Below are positions 7,267-17,308 of a stretch of DNA of 24,000 bases, in pieces. This stretch comes from Hyphomicrobiaceae bacterium. GTDB taxonomy: Bacteria > Pseudomonadota > Alphaproteobacteria > Rhizobiales > Hyphomicrobiaceae. The translations under genes and the position numbers were made by a program. Position 1 is the stretch's first letter, and each line of letters opens with the position of its first letter. Location of the stretch: positions 9,108 to 33,107 of the forward strand of contig JAWKVZ010000010.1 in NCBI GenBank assembly GCA_041397725.1, read 5' to 3'. The notes under the pieces were generated by a model that was not told where the DNA came from, did no database searches, and saw only the letters and a program-made list of their open reading frames with translations.

Positions 7267-8799
7267 TCAGGCCTCGTCGAGGCGGGCCTCGATGGCGCGC
7301 ACCAGCGTCTTCAGGACCTTGATGCGCGCGTACTGCTTGTCGTTGGCCTCGACGAGCGTCCATGGCGCGTAGGAGGTCGACGTGCGGTCGACCATCTCGC
7401 ACACCGCCGCCTCGTAGGCGTCCCACTTCTCCCGATTGCGCCAGTCCTCCTCGGTCAGCTTGAAGCGCTTGAACGGCGACGTCTCGCGCGCCTTGAAGCG
7501 CTTCAACTGCTCGTCCGCACTGATTGCCAGCCAGAACTTCGCTACGACCAGACCGTGCTCGTCGAGGTCTCGCTCGAAATCGGCGATTTCGGCGTAGGCG
7601 CGCTGCCAGTCGTGGGGTGCCGCGAACCCCTCGACCCGCTCGACGAGGACGCGCCCGTACCACGACCGGTCGTAAATGGCGAAGAAGCCCTTCATGGGCA
7701 AATGCCGCCAGAAGCGCCAGAGATAGGGCAGCCGCTTCTCCTCGTCGCTCGGCGCGGCGATCGAGATCGTCCGGTAGAAGCGCGCGTCGAGAGCTCCCGT
7801 GACGCGCCGGATCGCGCCGCCTTTGCCGGCAGCATCGCTGCCTTCGAAGACGCAGACGACGCCGGAACGCCGGAAGCGCTTCTCGCGCGAGAGCTTGTTG
7901 AGGCGGCCCTGCCATTTCTCCAGCGCCTGCGCGTACTCTTTCCCCTTGAGCGTCCTGTCGAGGTCGAGCGCGCGGATGACGTTGAGCCCGTCGAGCGCGT
8001 GCGTCGTTTCGGCGGGCGTGGCGCGCGCCTTCTTCGCCGCGGCGGGCCGAGCGGCTCGCAGAGCCCCGAGCACATGCTCGCCGACGCTGAGCGAGCGGTA
8101 TCTCGGTTCGTAGCCGGGCACGACGATCCAGGGCGCCTCGACGGTCGAGGTCTCCCGCAGGAAGTCCTCGCTGACCGCGACGAAGTCGTCGTAGAGCGCG
8201 AACCGCTTCACCTCCTCCTTGGGGACACGCCAGCGCGTTCTTGGATTGCCCCTGAGCTCCTGCATGCGCTGGCGCTGCTGCGACTTCGAGAGATGGAACC
8301 AGAACTTGAGCAGCACCACGCCCTCGGCGACGAGCATGCGCTCGAAGCGCTGGATCTCCTCGAGATGCCGCACGAAGTCGCCGCGCGACATGCGCCCCTG
8401 CACATGCTCGATGATCGGCATGGTGTGCCAGGCGCCGAAGAACACGCCGATCTTGCCCCTCGGCGGCAAGGCCCGCCAGAACCGCCACATGCGGGGCCGG
8501 GCGCTCTCCTCGTCGGTCGGCGGCGGGAAGGCCTGCACCTCGATCTGGCGCGGGTCCATCCAGGCGTTGAGCAGGTTGACCGTCTCGCCCTTGCCGGCAC
8601 CGTCCACGCCCGCGATCAGGATCAGGACCGCCCGGTCCTTCCTCTGGAAGAGGTCGTATTGGGCGTTGAGCAGTTCGGTGCGCAACGTCCCTTCGCGCGC
8701 GTCGTAGTCGGTCTTGGAGATCCTGTGATCGAGATTGGCGGATTCGAACATCGCGTCTGCAGCGTCCTTGCGTTGCCGCTGACGGTTGCCGGCAGACAT
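7267..8799 (-). CDS. pap: Polyphosphate:AMP phosphotransferase (two-domain PPK2 family)
   Basis: The ORF contains two PPK2-like domains with Walker A-like motifs (LIAGVDGAGKGETVNLLNAWMDPR and VFEGSDAAGKGGAIRRVTGALDAR), plus YDRSWYGRVLVERVEGF. The start is uncertain (8859, 8799 or 8751). Confidence 0.88.
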   Translation of the reverse strand: MSAGNRQRQRKDAADAMFESANLDHRISKTDYDAREGTLRTELLNAQYDLFQRKDRAVLILIAGVDGAGKGETVNLLNAWMDPRQIEVQAFPPPTDEESARPRMWRFWRALPPRGKIGVFFGAWHTMPIIEHVQGRMSRGDFVRHLEEIQRFERMLVAEGVVLLKFWFHLSKSQQRQRMQELRGNPRTRWRVPKEEVKRFALYDDFVAVSEDFLRETSTVEAPWIVVPGYEPRYRSLSVGEHVLGALRAARPAAAKKARATPAETTHALDGLNVIRALDLDRTLKGKEYAQALEKWQGRLNKLSREKRFRRSGVVCVFEGSDAAGKGGAIRRVTGALDARFYRTISIAAPSDEEKRLPYLWRFWRHLPMKGFFAIYDRSWYGRVLVERVEGFAAPHDWQRAYAEIADFERDLDEHGLVVAKFWLAISADEQLKRFKARETSPFKRFKLTEEDWRNREKWDAYEAAVCEMVDRTSTSYAPWTLVEANDKQYARIKVLKTLVRAIEARLDEA

Positions 8800-9208
8800 G
8801 CCGCCACCGCCCGGCGTCGATCGACTCGTCCACGTCAGGCTACGTCCCCCGACCCACACCTGTCATCGGTCCCGCGCCGCCTCAGCAGGACCGGTCCGAA
8901 ATACCGCTGTCGGATGATGCGACGGCGTTGCGACATCCGAGTGTCGGCAATGGGCACCGGGACCGGCAAAGCCCGCCAAACCGCCTGCGTCATCCCACAG
9001 AAGCAACCTGAAAGTCACCTGCAAGGAGCGTCCCGGGATTTCCCAGGCGGATGGAGACAAAGCAGAATTCTTTCATTGTGTTACTTACTTATACTCAAGT
9101 CCGACACTTCCGCCTCAACTTCGGACAGATTGTCGCAATACGTTAGCAACAGCTTGCTTTTCCATAGCTCCATCGCCTCTATCCCCGCGCTGAGTTAACA
9201 AGTACGGG

Positions 9209-9820
9209 ATGGACCAGATGAAGTGGTTTGCGTTGGGCCTTGCAGCCCTTATTGGAATTGTCTTCGCCACACCGGACGCGGAGGCGCGTCGCTACAAGGG
9301 CGAGCGTACAATCGAGGGACGAAAGGCGACACACAAGCGGACCTATCGCACGCGGACGACACGCCTGCGCAAGGTGCGCCGCAGCTACCGCTCGACACGC
9401 GCACATCGCCGCCAGCACTATCGCTCACGCGCCAGCCACCGCCGCTATGCACGGCCTGACGGCTACCGGCGCGCCTACACACGCACCGCCCGCTACACCC
9501 GCACATCGCGCCGCGAAGGCACCTTGCGCCTGACCAGCCTCGGCAGGCACAGCGGCGTCGGCGCCCGCCCGCGCAAGTGGTGCGGCTGGTGGATGCGCAC
9601 CCAGCTCGGCGGCGGTCCGGAGTTCAACGTCGCCTGGAACTGGCGCAAGTACGGCAGCCCGACGGGGCCCCAGGTGGGCGCCGTGGTCGTCTGGCGTCAC
9701 CACGTCGGCATCATCACGGGCCAGGCCTCCAACGGCCGCTGGATCGTGAAGTCCGGCAATGACGGGGGCCGCGTGCGTGAGCGCGCCCGCTCGGTCGCCG
9801 GGGCCGTCTTCCGCATCTGA
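9209..9820 (+). CDS. Secreted Arg/Tyr/Thr-rich protein with a C-terminal NlpC/CHAP-like (TIGR02594-like) domain
   Basis: 203 aa ORF with signal peptide MDQMKWFALGLAALIGIVFATPDAEA, then an about 80 aa basic low-complexity region, then KWCGWWMRTQLGGG..WNWRKYGSPTGPQVGAVVVWRHHVGIITG with candidate Cys and His catalytic residues. Confidence 0.75.
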   Translation: MDQMKWFALGLAALIGIVFATPDAEARRYKGERTIEGRKATHKRTYRTRTTRLRKVRRSYRSTRAHRRQHYRSRASHRRYARPDGYRRAYTRTARYTRTSRREGTLRLTSLGRHSGVGARPRKWCGWWMRTQLGGGPEFNVAWNWRKYGSPTGPQVGAVVVWRHHVGIITGQASNGRWIVKSGNDGGRVRERARSVAGAVFRI

Positions 9821-9967
9821 CACAGGCCACCGGGAACCTCGTCGCCGCGGACGGCACGCGCAAGCGTGACCGGCCGCGGCGCTCGCATGCCAGGTCACGA
9901 TGAGTTGGGCCGCGCGCCTCTGCCTGCGCCGGACGCGCGGAGAGCTTTCCTCGAGGGGGTGGCCGCT

Positions 9968-10585
9968 CTAGCGGGCCAGCTCGCGCAGGCCGCGGCGGAT
10001 GAGCTTGGCGGTATCGGCCTCCGCACCGAGCTCCTTGTGCGCCACGGCGATCGCCTGGCTGGCCTGCCCGGGGTTGTAGCCGAGATTGACCAGCGCCGAT
10101 ATCGCCTCCGCCGAGGCATTGCCGTCGGCGGGCGCGGCACGATCGCGTGCGCCCGTCGCCGGGACCACGAGACCGGCCACCGACAGCGCCGGCGCCTTGT
10201 CCTTGAGCTCCGCCACGATCCGCTGCGCGAGCTTCTTGCCGACGCCGGGGGCCTCCGCCACGGCCGCCCAGTCCTGGAGCGCAATGGCATTGGCCAGTTC
10301 CTGAGGACCGAGCGTGCCGAGAACGCCAAGCGCCACCTTGGCGCCGACGCCCTGAATGGACTGGAGCGTGCGAAACCAGGTTCGCTCGACCTCGCTCGCG
10401 AAGCCGAACAGGCGGATGGCGTCCTCGCGGACGTGCGTGTCGATGGTGAGCGAGACCTCGCCGCCGAGCGTCAGGCTGCGCAGGGTGCGCGAGGACAGCT
10501 GTACCTCGTAGCCGACGCCATTGACGTCGATGATGGCGTGGCTCTCGCCGATAGCATCGACCTTGCCTCTGAGTTTGCCGATCAA
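9968..10585 (-). CDS. ruvA: Holliday junction branch migration protein RuvA
   Basis: 205 aa [38 protein letters not shown]...[19 protein letters not shown]...[17 protein letters not shown], with helix-hairpin-helix motifs. Confidence 0.95.
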   Translation of the reverse strand: MIGKLRGKVDAIGESHAIIDVNGVGYEVQLSSRTLRSLTLGGEVSLTIDTHVREDAIRLFGFASEVERTWFRTLQSIQGVGAKVALGVLGTLGPQELANAIALQDWAAVAEAPGVGKKLAQRIVAELKDKAPALSVAGLVVPATGARDRAAPADGNASAEAISALVNLGYNPGQASQAIAVAHKELGAEADTAKLIRRGLRELAR

Positions 10586-11100
10586 GCGCGGGCCTCCCTG
10601 GCAAGGCGCGCCGCCGGTGAACTGCGATGGCTGGCATGGCAGATGGCGATGGCGAGCGCGTCGGCCTCGTCTGCGGAGTCGAACTTCGCCTTGGGCAGCA
10701 GGAAGCCGACCATGGCCTGTACCTGCCGCTTCTCGCCATGCCCGGCCCCGGTCACGGTCTTCTTGATGACGTTCGGCGCATACTCGCTGACGGCGATGCC
10801 CTTGAGCGCCGGCACCAGCAGCGCGATGCCGCGGGCCTGACCCAGCTTCAGCGTCGCACGGGCATCCTTGTTGACGAACGTCTCCTCGACAGCCGCTTCA
10901 CGCGGAGCGAAAGCGGCGAGCACACTCGACAGCCCCTCGTAGATCTCGCGGAGGCGGTAGGCGAGCGTCTCGTCCGATTGGGAGGTGATGTGACCGCTCG
11001 CGACGTAGGCGAGCCGGACGCCATCCGACTCGACCACGCCCCAGCCCGTGCGGCGCAGCCCCGGATCTATGCCGATAATGCGAATCGAGTTTCCCATCAT
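10582..11100 (-). CDS. ruvC: Crossover junction endodeoxyribonuclease RuvC
   Basis: 172 aa [27 protein letters not shown]...[26 protein letters not shown]...[26 protein letters not shown]; 4 bp overlap with ruvA. Confidence 0.95.
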   Translation of the reverse strand: MMGNSIRIIGIDPGLRRTGWGVVESDGVRLAYVASGHITSQSDETLAYRLREIYEGLSSVLAAFAPREAAVEETFVNKDARATLKLGQARGIALLVPALKGIAVSEYAPNVIKKTVTGAGHGEKRQVQAMVGFLLPKAKFDSADEADALAIAICHASHRSSPAARLAREARA

Positions 11101-11178
11101 GCGCCCTGGATAGCATGTCCGGCGTCTGGCATCCTCCGCTCACGGGAGCGCGCACAGAGATATCGGCGGGAGAGCGAG

Positions 11179-11502
11179 ATGAGACACCCGATTCTACTGA
11201 TGGCCGGCGTCACAATCATCATCGTGGCGCTGCTCATGCGCCGCTGGGCCGGCCGCAACAGCGTCACGGACTTGGCCGTCGACGCGGCCTGGGACGTGGC
11301 GCGCCGGCGCGGCAAGGGCTTCGCAGAGACGGACATGGGCCGTCACCTCGACGAGGTTCGCGCCGGCTCGCACGTCGGCCGCGCACGCAAGATCGCCGGG
11401 CTCGGTATCCGGCACGTGATCGCGCAGATCGTCGGCAAGCTGGCGCTTGCCGGCCTGCTCGGCGGCGCCGGGCTGACGGCCGCCGCCTTCCTGCTCAAGT
11501 AG
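11179..11502 (+). CDS. Conserved hypothetical protein, probable membrane protein
   Basis: 107 aa in-frame portion (MRHPILLMAGVTIIIVALLMRRWAGRNSVTDLAVDAAWDVARRRGKG...) of ORF 10627..11502, with hydrophobic segments at both ends and an RBS-like GGCGGGAGAG upstream. It lies between ruvC and yebC on the opposite strand. Confidence 0.65.
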   Translation: MRHPILLMAGVTIIIVALLMRRWAGRNSVTDLAVDAAWDVARRRGKGFAETDMGRHLDEVRAGSHVGRARKIAGLGIRHVIAQIVGKLALAGLLGGAGLTAAAFLLK

Positions 11503-11545
11503 TCGGTCCGGTCGTCGGTGCGAATAACCGGGCTCGCGCGTCGGC

Positions 11546-12295
11546 TCAGGCCGCCGTCAGTTTGGCCAGGACCTCCTGGTCCACCTCGAAATTCGAGTAG
11601 ACGGCCTGCACGTCGTCGTCGTCCTCGAGCGTGGCGATGAGCTTGAGGATGCTCCGGGCCTGCTCCTCGTCGACGGGCGCCGATACCTGCGGCCGCCACT
11701 CGGGCTTCACCGAGGTCGGCGCGCCGAGCGACTTCTCGAGGGCTGCCGCGACGGCGCCGAGGCCGTCGAAGGCGCACGTGACGATGTGGCCGTTGGCATC
11801 CGACTGCACGTCGTCGGCGCCCGCCTCGATGGCGGCCTCGAGCACCGCGTCTGCGGTTCCGGCATCCGGCGCGAAGACGATCTCGCCGACGCGCGCGAAC
11901 ATGTGCGAGACGGCGCCGGTGGAGCCGAGATTGCCGCCGTGCTTGGTGAAGGCCGCCCGTACGCCGCCGCCCGTGCGGTTGCGGTTGTCGGTCAGGGTCT
12001 CGACGATGACGGCGACGCCGCCGGGGCCGTAGCCTTCGTAGCGGATGGCCTCATAGGCCTCGGAGTCGCCGCCCTGCGCCTTCTTGATCGCCCGCTCGAT
12101 GTTGTCCTTGGGCATGTTCTCGGCGCGCGCATTCTGGATGGCGAGCCGCAGCTTGGGGTTCGAGTCGACGTCCGGACTGCCTTCCTTCACCGCGACGGTG
12201 ATCTCGCGCACGAGCTTCGAGAAGACCTTGGAGCGCGCTTTGTCCTGGCGCCCCTTCCGGTGCATGATGTTCTTGAATTGCGAATGACCTGCCAT
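11546..12295 (-). CDS. YebC/PmpR family DNA-binding transcriptional regulator
   Basis: Start [42 protein letters not shown] is the family N-terminal signature; also [30 protein letters not shown]. Confidence 0.95.
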   Translation of the reverse strand: MAGHSQFKNIMHRKGRQDKARSKVFSKLVREITVAVKEGSPDVDSNPKLRLAIQNARAENMPKDNIERAIKKAQGGDSEAYEAIRYEGYGPGGVAVIVETLTDNRNRTGGGVRAAFTKHGGNLGSTGAVSHMFARVGEIVFAPDAGTADAVLEAAIEAGADDVQSDANGHIVTCAFDGLGAVAAALEKSLGAPTSVKPEWRPQVSAPVDEEQARSILKLIATLEDDDDVQAVYSNFEVDQEVLAKLTAA

Positions 12296-12596
12296 CGACG
12301 TCTCGTCCGGATCTGGGGTGGTGGTGGGGTTCGCCACCTTATACGTCCGCAGGCTCGCGAAATCCATGGGGTGCCACTTCGGCACGCCAGTTAACGCTTT
12401 ATTAATACTTTGGGCCTAGCTTGCAGACAGGATGCATTACATCCTTGTGCCGCGCCTGCTGCCCAGCGGCGGCACTACGGAGGCCAGGGAGTATCGAGCT
12501 TCCGACATTCGTGCCGACGAGGCGGGTCGCATTTCGCTTCGGGCACGCATCAAGACAGACAGCGGGATGCTGTCACGAAAGAGCCAGACCTCTTTC

Positions 12597-13421
12597 TCAT
12601 CTGACCCAGAATTGCGGCTCGGTAGGTCTCAGGACCCCACCGAGCCGCAAGGGTCCGACGGCCGTTGCCAGCCCTGTCCCGTCATCCACCTCGACCGCGA
12701 GACCGCAGATCGTAGCCGGCCCCATGGCCGGCTCGAACCGTCCGCTCGGAATGCGGGTCAGAAAGCGGTGGATCGGCTCGTCGGTGGTCATGCCGAGCAC
12801 CGAGTTGTAGTCACCGCACATCCCGACGTCGGACATGTACGCCGTGCCGCCGGGAAGGATGTGATCGTCAGCGGTAGGCGCATGGGTGTGCGTACCGACG
12901 ACGAGCGTCGCGCGCCCGTCCACGAAATGTCCCAGCGCCTGCTTTTCCGATGTCGCCTCGGCGTGGAAGTCGATGATCGCGACGTCGGCGCCCCCCTTGA
13001 GCCTGCAGGACGAGAGCTCCCGGTCGACGGCCCGGAACGGACAGTCGAGCTCGGCCATGAAGACCCGCCCCATGACATTGGTCACCAGCACATCGGCGCC
13101 GTTGCGTGCCTTGAAGAGGCCGACGCCGCGCCCTGGCGTGCCGGCCGGAAAGTTGAGCGGGCGCAGCATGCGCTCGTGTCGCCCGATGAAGACCAGCGCC
13201 TCCCGCTGGTCCCAGACGTGATTGCCGGTCGTCACCACGTCGGCGCCGGCGTCGAGCAGATCCACCAGGATGCTCTCGGTTATGCCGAACCCGCCGGCCG
13301 AATTCTCACCGTTGACCACGACGAAATCGAGATCGTAGCGTCGGCGCAGCTCGGGCAGCGCACCAATCACCGCATTGCGCCCGGAGCGCCCGACGACATC
13401 ACCGAGAAACAGCAGGCGCAC
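12597..13421 (-). CDS. YmdB-like (TIGR00282 family) metallophosphoesterase
   Basis: 274 aa ORF MRLLFLGDVVGRSGRNAVIGALPELRRRYDLDFVVVNGENSAGGFGIT...NHVWDQRE...DFHAEATSEKQALGHFVDGRATLVVGTHTHAPTAD. Confidence 0.92.
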   Translation of the reverse strand: MRLLFLGDVVGRSGRNAVIGALPELRRRYDLDFVVVNGENSAGGFGITESILVDLLDAGADVVTTGNHVWDQREALVFIGRHERMLRPLNFPAGTPGRGVGLFKARNGADVLVTNVMGRVFMAELDCPFRAVDRELSSCRLKGGADVAIIDFHAEATSEKQALGHFVDGRATLVVGTHTHAPTADDHILPGGTAYMSDVGMCGDYNSVLGMTTDEPIHRFLTRIPSGRFEPAMGPATICGLAVEVDDGTGLATAVGPLRLGGVLRPTEPQFWVR

Positions 13422-13427
13422 CGTGGA

Positions 13428-14015
13428 TCATCCCTCGAATTGTCTGGCGCCCGATGGGGTCAGAACCCAATCGAGGCGTTGATCGTAGTCGGCCACCGGC
13501 ACGTCCGCCAGCTCCTGCTCGTCGAAGGCCAGCCCCACGACGACGACAGGTCCGGCCCGCCGCAGCGCCGCCAGCGTACGGTCGTAGAAGCCTCCGCCAT
13601 AGCCGAGGCGATGTCCGCGGGCATCAAAAGCGAGCAATGGTGCAAGGACGACGTCCGGGCGCACCTCGGCGGCCGACGGCAACGGCTCGCGGATGCCCCA
13701 TACACCACGGCCCAGCGCGTCCCCCGGTGACCAAGCGCGGAAGACGAGCGGCTGCCCCTTGCCCACCACGACGGGCAGAGCCAGCTTCCAGCCCCCGCCC
13801 GCCAGTCGCTCGAGCAACGGCCGCGTATCGATTTCGGAGCCCATGGAATGGAAACCCGAGGCCGTCCGTCCGTGGCGCCCCGGCAGAAAGGCAAGGCCTC
13901 GGTTGGCGATCGCGGCAGCAGCAGCCGCGGCGCCTGCTGCGTGGACTGCCGTCCGCCGCGCCTCGCACTCGATCCTCAGCCGCGCCTTCTCGGCCCTCAG
14001 GTCCTCACTCGCCAT
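13428..14015 (-). CDS. 5-formyltetrahydrofolate cyclo-ligase
   Basis: Start at MASEDLRAEKARLR within ORF 13428..14150. Motifs: SMGSEIDTRPLL, LAPLLAFDARGHRLGYGGGFYDRTLA. Confidence 0.9.
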   Translation of the reverse strand: MASEDLRAEKARLRIECEARRTAVHAAGAAAAAAAIANRGLAFLPGRHGRTASGFHSMGSEIDTRPLLERLAGGGWKLALPVVVGKGQPLVFRAWSPGDALGRGVWGIREPLPSAAEVRPDVVLAPLLAFDARGHRLGYGGGFYDRTLAALRRAGPVVVVGLAFDEQELADVPVADYDQRLDWVLTPSGARQFEG

Positions 14016-14124
14016 CGGCGCTTTAGAGCAAATCGCTCGTCCGACGGCAAGCGCACGACACGCGGCATGACGGCTTTTGCGCGGGCTCTGCCGAGGGGTG
14101 CCGAACCGCTGGCTCTCGCCAGCC

Positions 14125-14550
14125 TCAGTCACGCAGGGATTTGATCCCACTCCACAGGCCGGCGAGCGCCATCGCCCCGATCAAGCCCGTCAGCACCAGG
14201 AACGAGACCAGCCTGTTGGTCAGATGGGACATGCCGAAGCTCGTCGTCACGCTGGCCGGTCCGGATCCCGGGCTCTGCATCGCGCGCACGGACTCACCAC
14301 CCGGTCGCCCGAGCATGAGATACTCGATCCGTTGCGAGCCTCCGGCGAGTTGTCGACCCGTCAGCTTCACATTGCAGAAGGCGACGACGAAGACGTACGT
14401 CTTGCACTTCGCCTCGTCGACCGCCACGCCGCGCGCCGGCACCAGGCTCTTGGCATCACGCCCGAAATCGGACATGAGCGGAGGCCCCAGGAGGTAAATG
14501 AGAAACGCACAAAGCGCTCCGAAGAAGAGTCCTGCCGCGATCTGTTTCAT
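14125..14550 (-). CDS. Hypothetical membrane protein
   Basis: 141 aa ORF with an N-terminal transmembrane or signal segment (MKQIAAGLFFGALCAFLIYLLG) and a C-terminal hydrophobic helix (LVSFLVLTGLIGAMALAGLW). Confidence 0.65.
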   Translation of the reverse strand: MKQIAAGLFFGALCAFLIYLLGPPLMSDFGRDAKSLVPARGVAVDEAKCKTYVFVVAFCNVKLTGRQLAGGSQRIEYLMLGRPGGESVRAMQSPGSGPASVTTSFGMSHLTNRLVSFLVLTGLIGAMALAGLWSGIKSLRD

Positions 14551-14809
14551 GTTCCCCCCCTGCGGGATCGCCCCGCTGCAAACGTCTGTGGCGGCGGCCG
14601 TCCCTGGCCCGGCTCAGCCTGTAAGCGCGATACAGGATGATTCTTACAATTCGCTCAAGGATGGTCCGCCAGCGTCGCAACGCCGCGTACCGACGGCGAG
14701 CCCCGAGCAGCCCGACCGATCGACAGCGGCAGGGCCGGGCGCTGCGCCCGGCCGGCGGGATGACAGGAGGAAATGCAGAGCCGCCTGAGCCGTTGGAGAC
14801 GACGATCCC

Positions 14810-14955
14810 GCAAGGTCCCTACTGTCGTAGGTGGGCGCCGAGTGAACGGAACCACGGTCCCGATCAGGGTCAGCTCCCGTGCGGATCTTATAGGCCCCCG
14901 GGAACGAATTGCTCCTGACGCGCCCCGCAGCCCTGCGTCGGGGAATGTAGGGTGC
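14810..14955 (-). ncRNA. ssrS: Candidate 6S RNA (ssrS); boundaries approximate
   Basis: 485 bp non-coding gap on the minus strand between zapA and the 5-FTHF cyclo-ligase region, the conserved genomic place of 6S RNA in many proteobacteria. A potential closing stem CCCTAC (14952-14947) / GTAGGG (14822-14817) encloses a structured GC-rich region with helices such as CCCCG..CGGGG. Confidence 0.5.
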
Positions 14956-15035
14956 AGCCCGGAAAAATCCAGTGAAAGCCGCCAAACGGGAAATTTCAGG
15001 GGAGAAACCGGGTCGCCCCCGCCACCAGCGTGGTG

Positions 15036-15335
15036 TCAGGCGACATCGGCTGTGCGCGGCCTCGGGGCTGCAGCGTTCGCCGCGCCGAGCGCGCTTTTGG
15101 CGTCCCAGAGCTCATCGACGATCAGGATCGCCGCCATGAGCATCAGCCGGTCGTCGCCGACCTGGCCGAAATCCTGCGCCAGAGCTTCGACCCGCTCCTT
15201 GACGTGCCCGGCCAGAGCCAGCAATCGCTCCTCCTCGCCCTCGCCGCAGCGCAGGCGGTAGGTGCGTCCGTTCACTGTGACGGAGATCTGGCCCATCGCC
15301 CCCTTCCCGCCATGGTCACAGAACGTCGGCGCCAC
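15036..15335 (-). CDS. zapA: Cell division protein ZapA
   Basis: ORF MGQISVTVNGRTYRLRCGEGEEERLLALAGHVKERVEALAQDFGQVGDDRLMLMAAILIVDELWDAK; the likely true start is MGQISV at about 15296. Confidence 0.88.
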   Translation of the reverse strand: MAPTFCDHGGKGAMGQISVTVNGRTYRLRCGEGEEERLLALAGHVKERVEALAQDFGQVGDDRLMLMAAILIVDELWDAKSALGAANAAAPRPRTADVA

Positions 15336-15341
15336 GGCGAA

Positions 15342-15569
15342 TCACGTCTGGATCTCCATAGCGTTATGCAGTGAATCGATAACCCAATCAATGCGATCGA
15401 GCACGGCCTTCTGCCGCTCCTCGAGGAGGCGGACGCGCTCCTCGGCCAGTTGCAACCGCCGAGCCAGCTCATCGCGTTCCGACTCGAGCTGCTGCAGGCG
15501 AGTTTCCAGATCGTCGGCATCGCCGGTCACAGCGGTGCGCCTCTTCTTCTGACCTGCCGATCCGTTCAT
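15342..15569 (-). CDS. Small coiled-coil conserved hypothetical protein (DUF4164-like), paired with zapA
   Basis: MNGSAGQKKRRTAVTGDADDLETRLQQLESERDELARRLQLAEERVRLLEERQKAVLDRIDWVIDSLHNAMEIQT, a heptad-rich coiled coil immediately upstream of zapA. The start was chosen inside ORF 15342..15683. Confidence 0.7.
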   Translation of the reverse strand: MNGSAGQKKRRTAVTGDADDLETRLQQLESERDELARRLQLAEERVRLLEERQKAVLDRIDWVIDSLHNAMEIQT

Positions 15570-16108
15570 TGGCTGCCCCCGCTGCCAAATCAGGGCAAAA
15601 CGCCCATTCCCGGCCGCAACGGCATGAGCGTGATGCTGCGCCCTGCCCGCGCGGAGGTCGTCCGCAAGGCGGGCGGCGCCCATCCTTCGCTCCCTCCCGG
15701 TCGTGCCGGAGGTCCGTTCGGTCAGTGCCCTCTAGGAACACGCGTTCGCCGCAAGCCGCCTGACGCGCTCCATCATCGAACATAGGGTGGCGCGGAGGCT
15801 GCGGTCAATCGCTGCAATTGACTGCATGTCGAAAACATGACGGACGTGTTCACAACACACCATCGCGAGCGTTGACAGTGCTTCCAGGCCTCGACAGAGT
15901 GCCGACGGCTCACCCGCACCGAGCGTGCGGCGGCCGGTGTTTCCGAGATGCGGCGCCGCATTCCCGTCGGCTTCGGCGCCGGACCGGGATCGTCTCGGCG
16001 GCTCGGCCAAGACCACCTGCAGATCACCTCTGCTCGCTCTTCGCGCCCACGCGCGGGAGCCGGGCGCCACGGCTGGCGCGAGCGCCAGCGGACCGAAGGA
16101 GAGAGAGA

Positions 16109-17119
16109 ATGACCGTCAAGATTGCAATCTCGGGTTTCGGCCGCATCGGTCGGAATATTCTGAGGGCGATCGCCGAATCCAAGCGCAGCGACGTCAAGGT
16201 GGTGGCGATCAACGACCTGTGCACGCCGAAGGACAATGCGCACCTGTTCAAGTACGACTCGGTGCACGGCCGCTACCCCGGCGAGGTCAAGGTCGACGGC
16301 GACACGCTCGACATCGGCCTCGGCTATACAATCAAGGCGCTTGCCGAGCGCGATCCGCGCAAGCTGCCCTGGAAGGCGATGGACATCGACATCGTCATGG
16401 AGTGCACGGGCATCTTCACCGACCGCGACAAGGCCGCCATGCACCTCGAGGCGGGCGCCAAGCGCGTGCTGGTATCGGCTCCCGCGAAGGGCGCAGACCT
16501 CACGGTCGTCTACGGCGTCAATCACGACAAGCTCAGCGCCGACCACAAGGTCGTCTCGAACGCGTCCTGCACGACCAACTGCCTCGCCCCGGTCGCCAAG
16601 GTCCTCAATGATCTCTGCGGCATCAAGTCGGGCTTCATGACCACGGTGCACGCCTACACCAACGACCAGAACGTGCTCGACCAGGCCCACAGCGACATGC
16701 GCCGCGCCCGCGCCGCCGCGCTCTCGATGATTCCGACATCGACGGGTGCCGCCGCCGCCGTCGGCCTCGTCCTGCCCGAGCTCAAGGGCAAGCTCGACGG
16801 CACCGCCATCCGCGTGCCGACGCCGAACGTCTCAGTGATCGACCTCAAGTTCATCCCCGGTCGCGAGACGGCCGTCGACGAGATCAACACGGCCATGGAG
16901 CGCGCTGCCAATCAGGCGCTGAAGGGCGTGCTGGGCGTGACCAAAGAGCCGCTCGTCTCCATCGACTTCAACCACAATCCCCACTCCTCGACCTTCGACA
17001 TGACGCAGACGCAGATCGTCGATGGCAAGCTCGTGCGCGTCCTGAGCTGGTACGACAACGAGTGGGGCTTCTCGAACCGCATGAGTGACACCGCCGTCGC
17101 CATGGCCAAGCTCATCTGA
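16109..17119 (+). CDS. gap: Type I glyceraldehyde-3-phosphate dehydrogenase
   Basis: 336 aa from [21 protein letters not shown], with catalytic [12 protein letters not shown] and [11 protein letters not shown]; AAGGAG-type RBS upstream. Confidence 0.96.
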   Translation: MTVKIAISGFGRIGRNILRAIAESKRSDVKVVAINDLCTPKDNAHLFKYDSVHGRYPGEVKVDGDTLDIGLGYTIKALAERDPRKLPWKAMDIDIVMECTGIFTDRDKAAMHLEAGAKRVLVSAPAKGADLTVVYGVNHDKLSADHKVVSNASCTTNCLAPVAKVLNDLCGIKSGFMTTVHAYTNDQNVLDQAHSDMRRARAAALSMIPTSTGAAAAVGLVLPELKGKLDGTAIRVPTPNVSVIDLKFIPGRETAVDEINTAMERAANQALKGVLGVTKEPLVSIDFNHNPHSSTFDMTQTQIVDGKLVRVLSWYDNEWGFSNRMSDTAVAMAKLI

Positions 17120-17308
17120 GCGAGCCAGCGAGGATATGCCAATGCGAGAGCGGGACGGGCCAGCGCCTGTTCCGCTCTCGCCGTATCAGACCCGCCTCTC
17201 CGGCCGGCGCCCCCAGGAAATCCGGCATTGCCATCGGCCGGGCAGCGGCGGCATGATGCCTTTGGTACGGACAAGCCGCGCACCCAACGAGACCCGAGGA
17301 AACGCTCC

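Noticed and set aside
7555-9198. 547 aa plus-strand ORF, and 529 aa ORF 7244..8833 minus
   Set aside because: Both overlap the PPK2-family phosphotransferase gene in other frames; low-complexity translations.
9714-10739. 341 aa minus-strand ORF
   Set aside because: Overlaps ruvA/ruvC in another frame; the Arg-rich translation is a frameshadow. It is not the missing ruvB (no Walker A or RuvB motifs).
12432-13730. 432 aa plus-strand ORF
   Set aside because: Mostly antisense to the YmdB-like phosphoesterase gene. Only the first about 55 codons lie in intergenic sequence, and they show no recognisable family.
14773-15374. Plus-strand ORFs 14773..15261 and 15030..15374
   Set aside because: They cross the candidate 6S RNA and are antisense to zapA; no family features.
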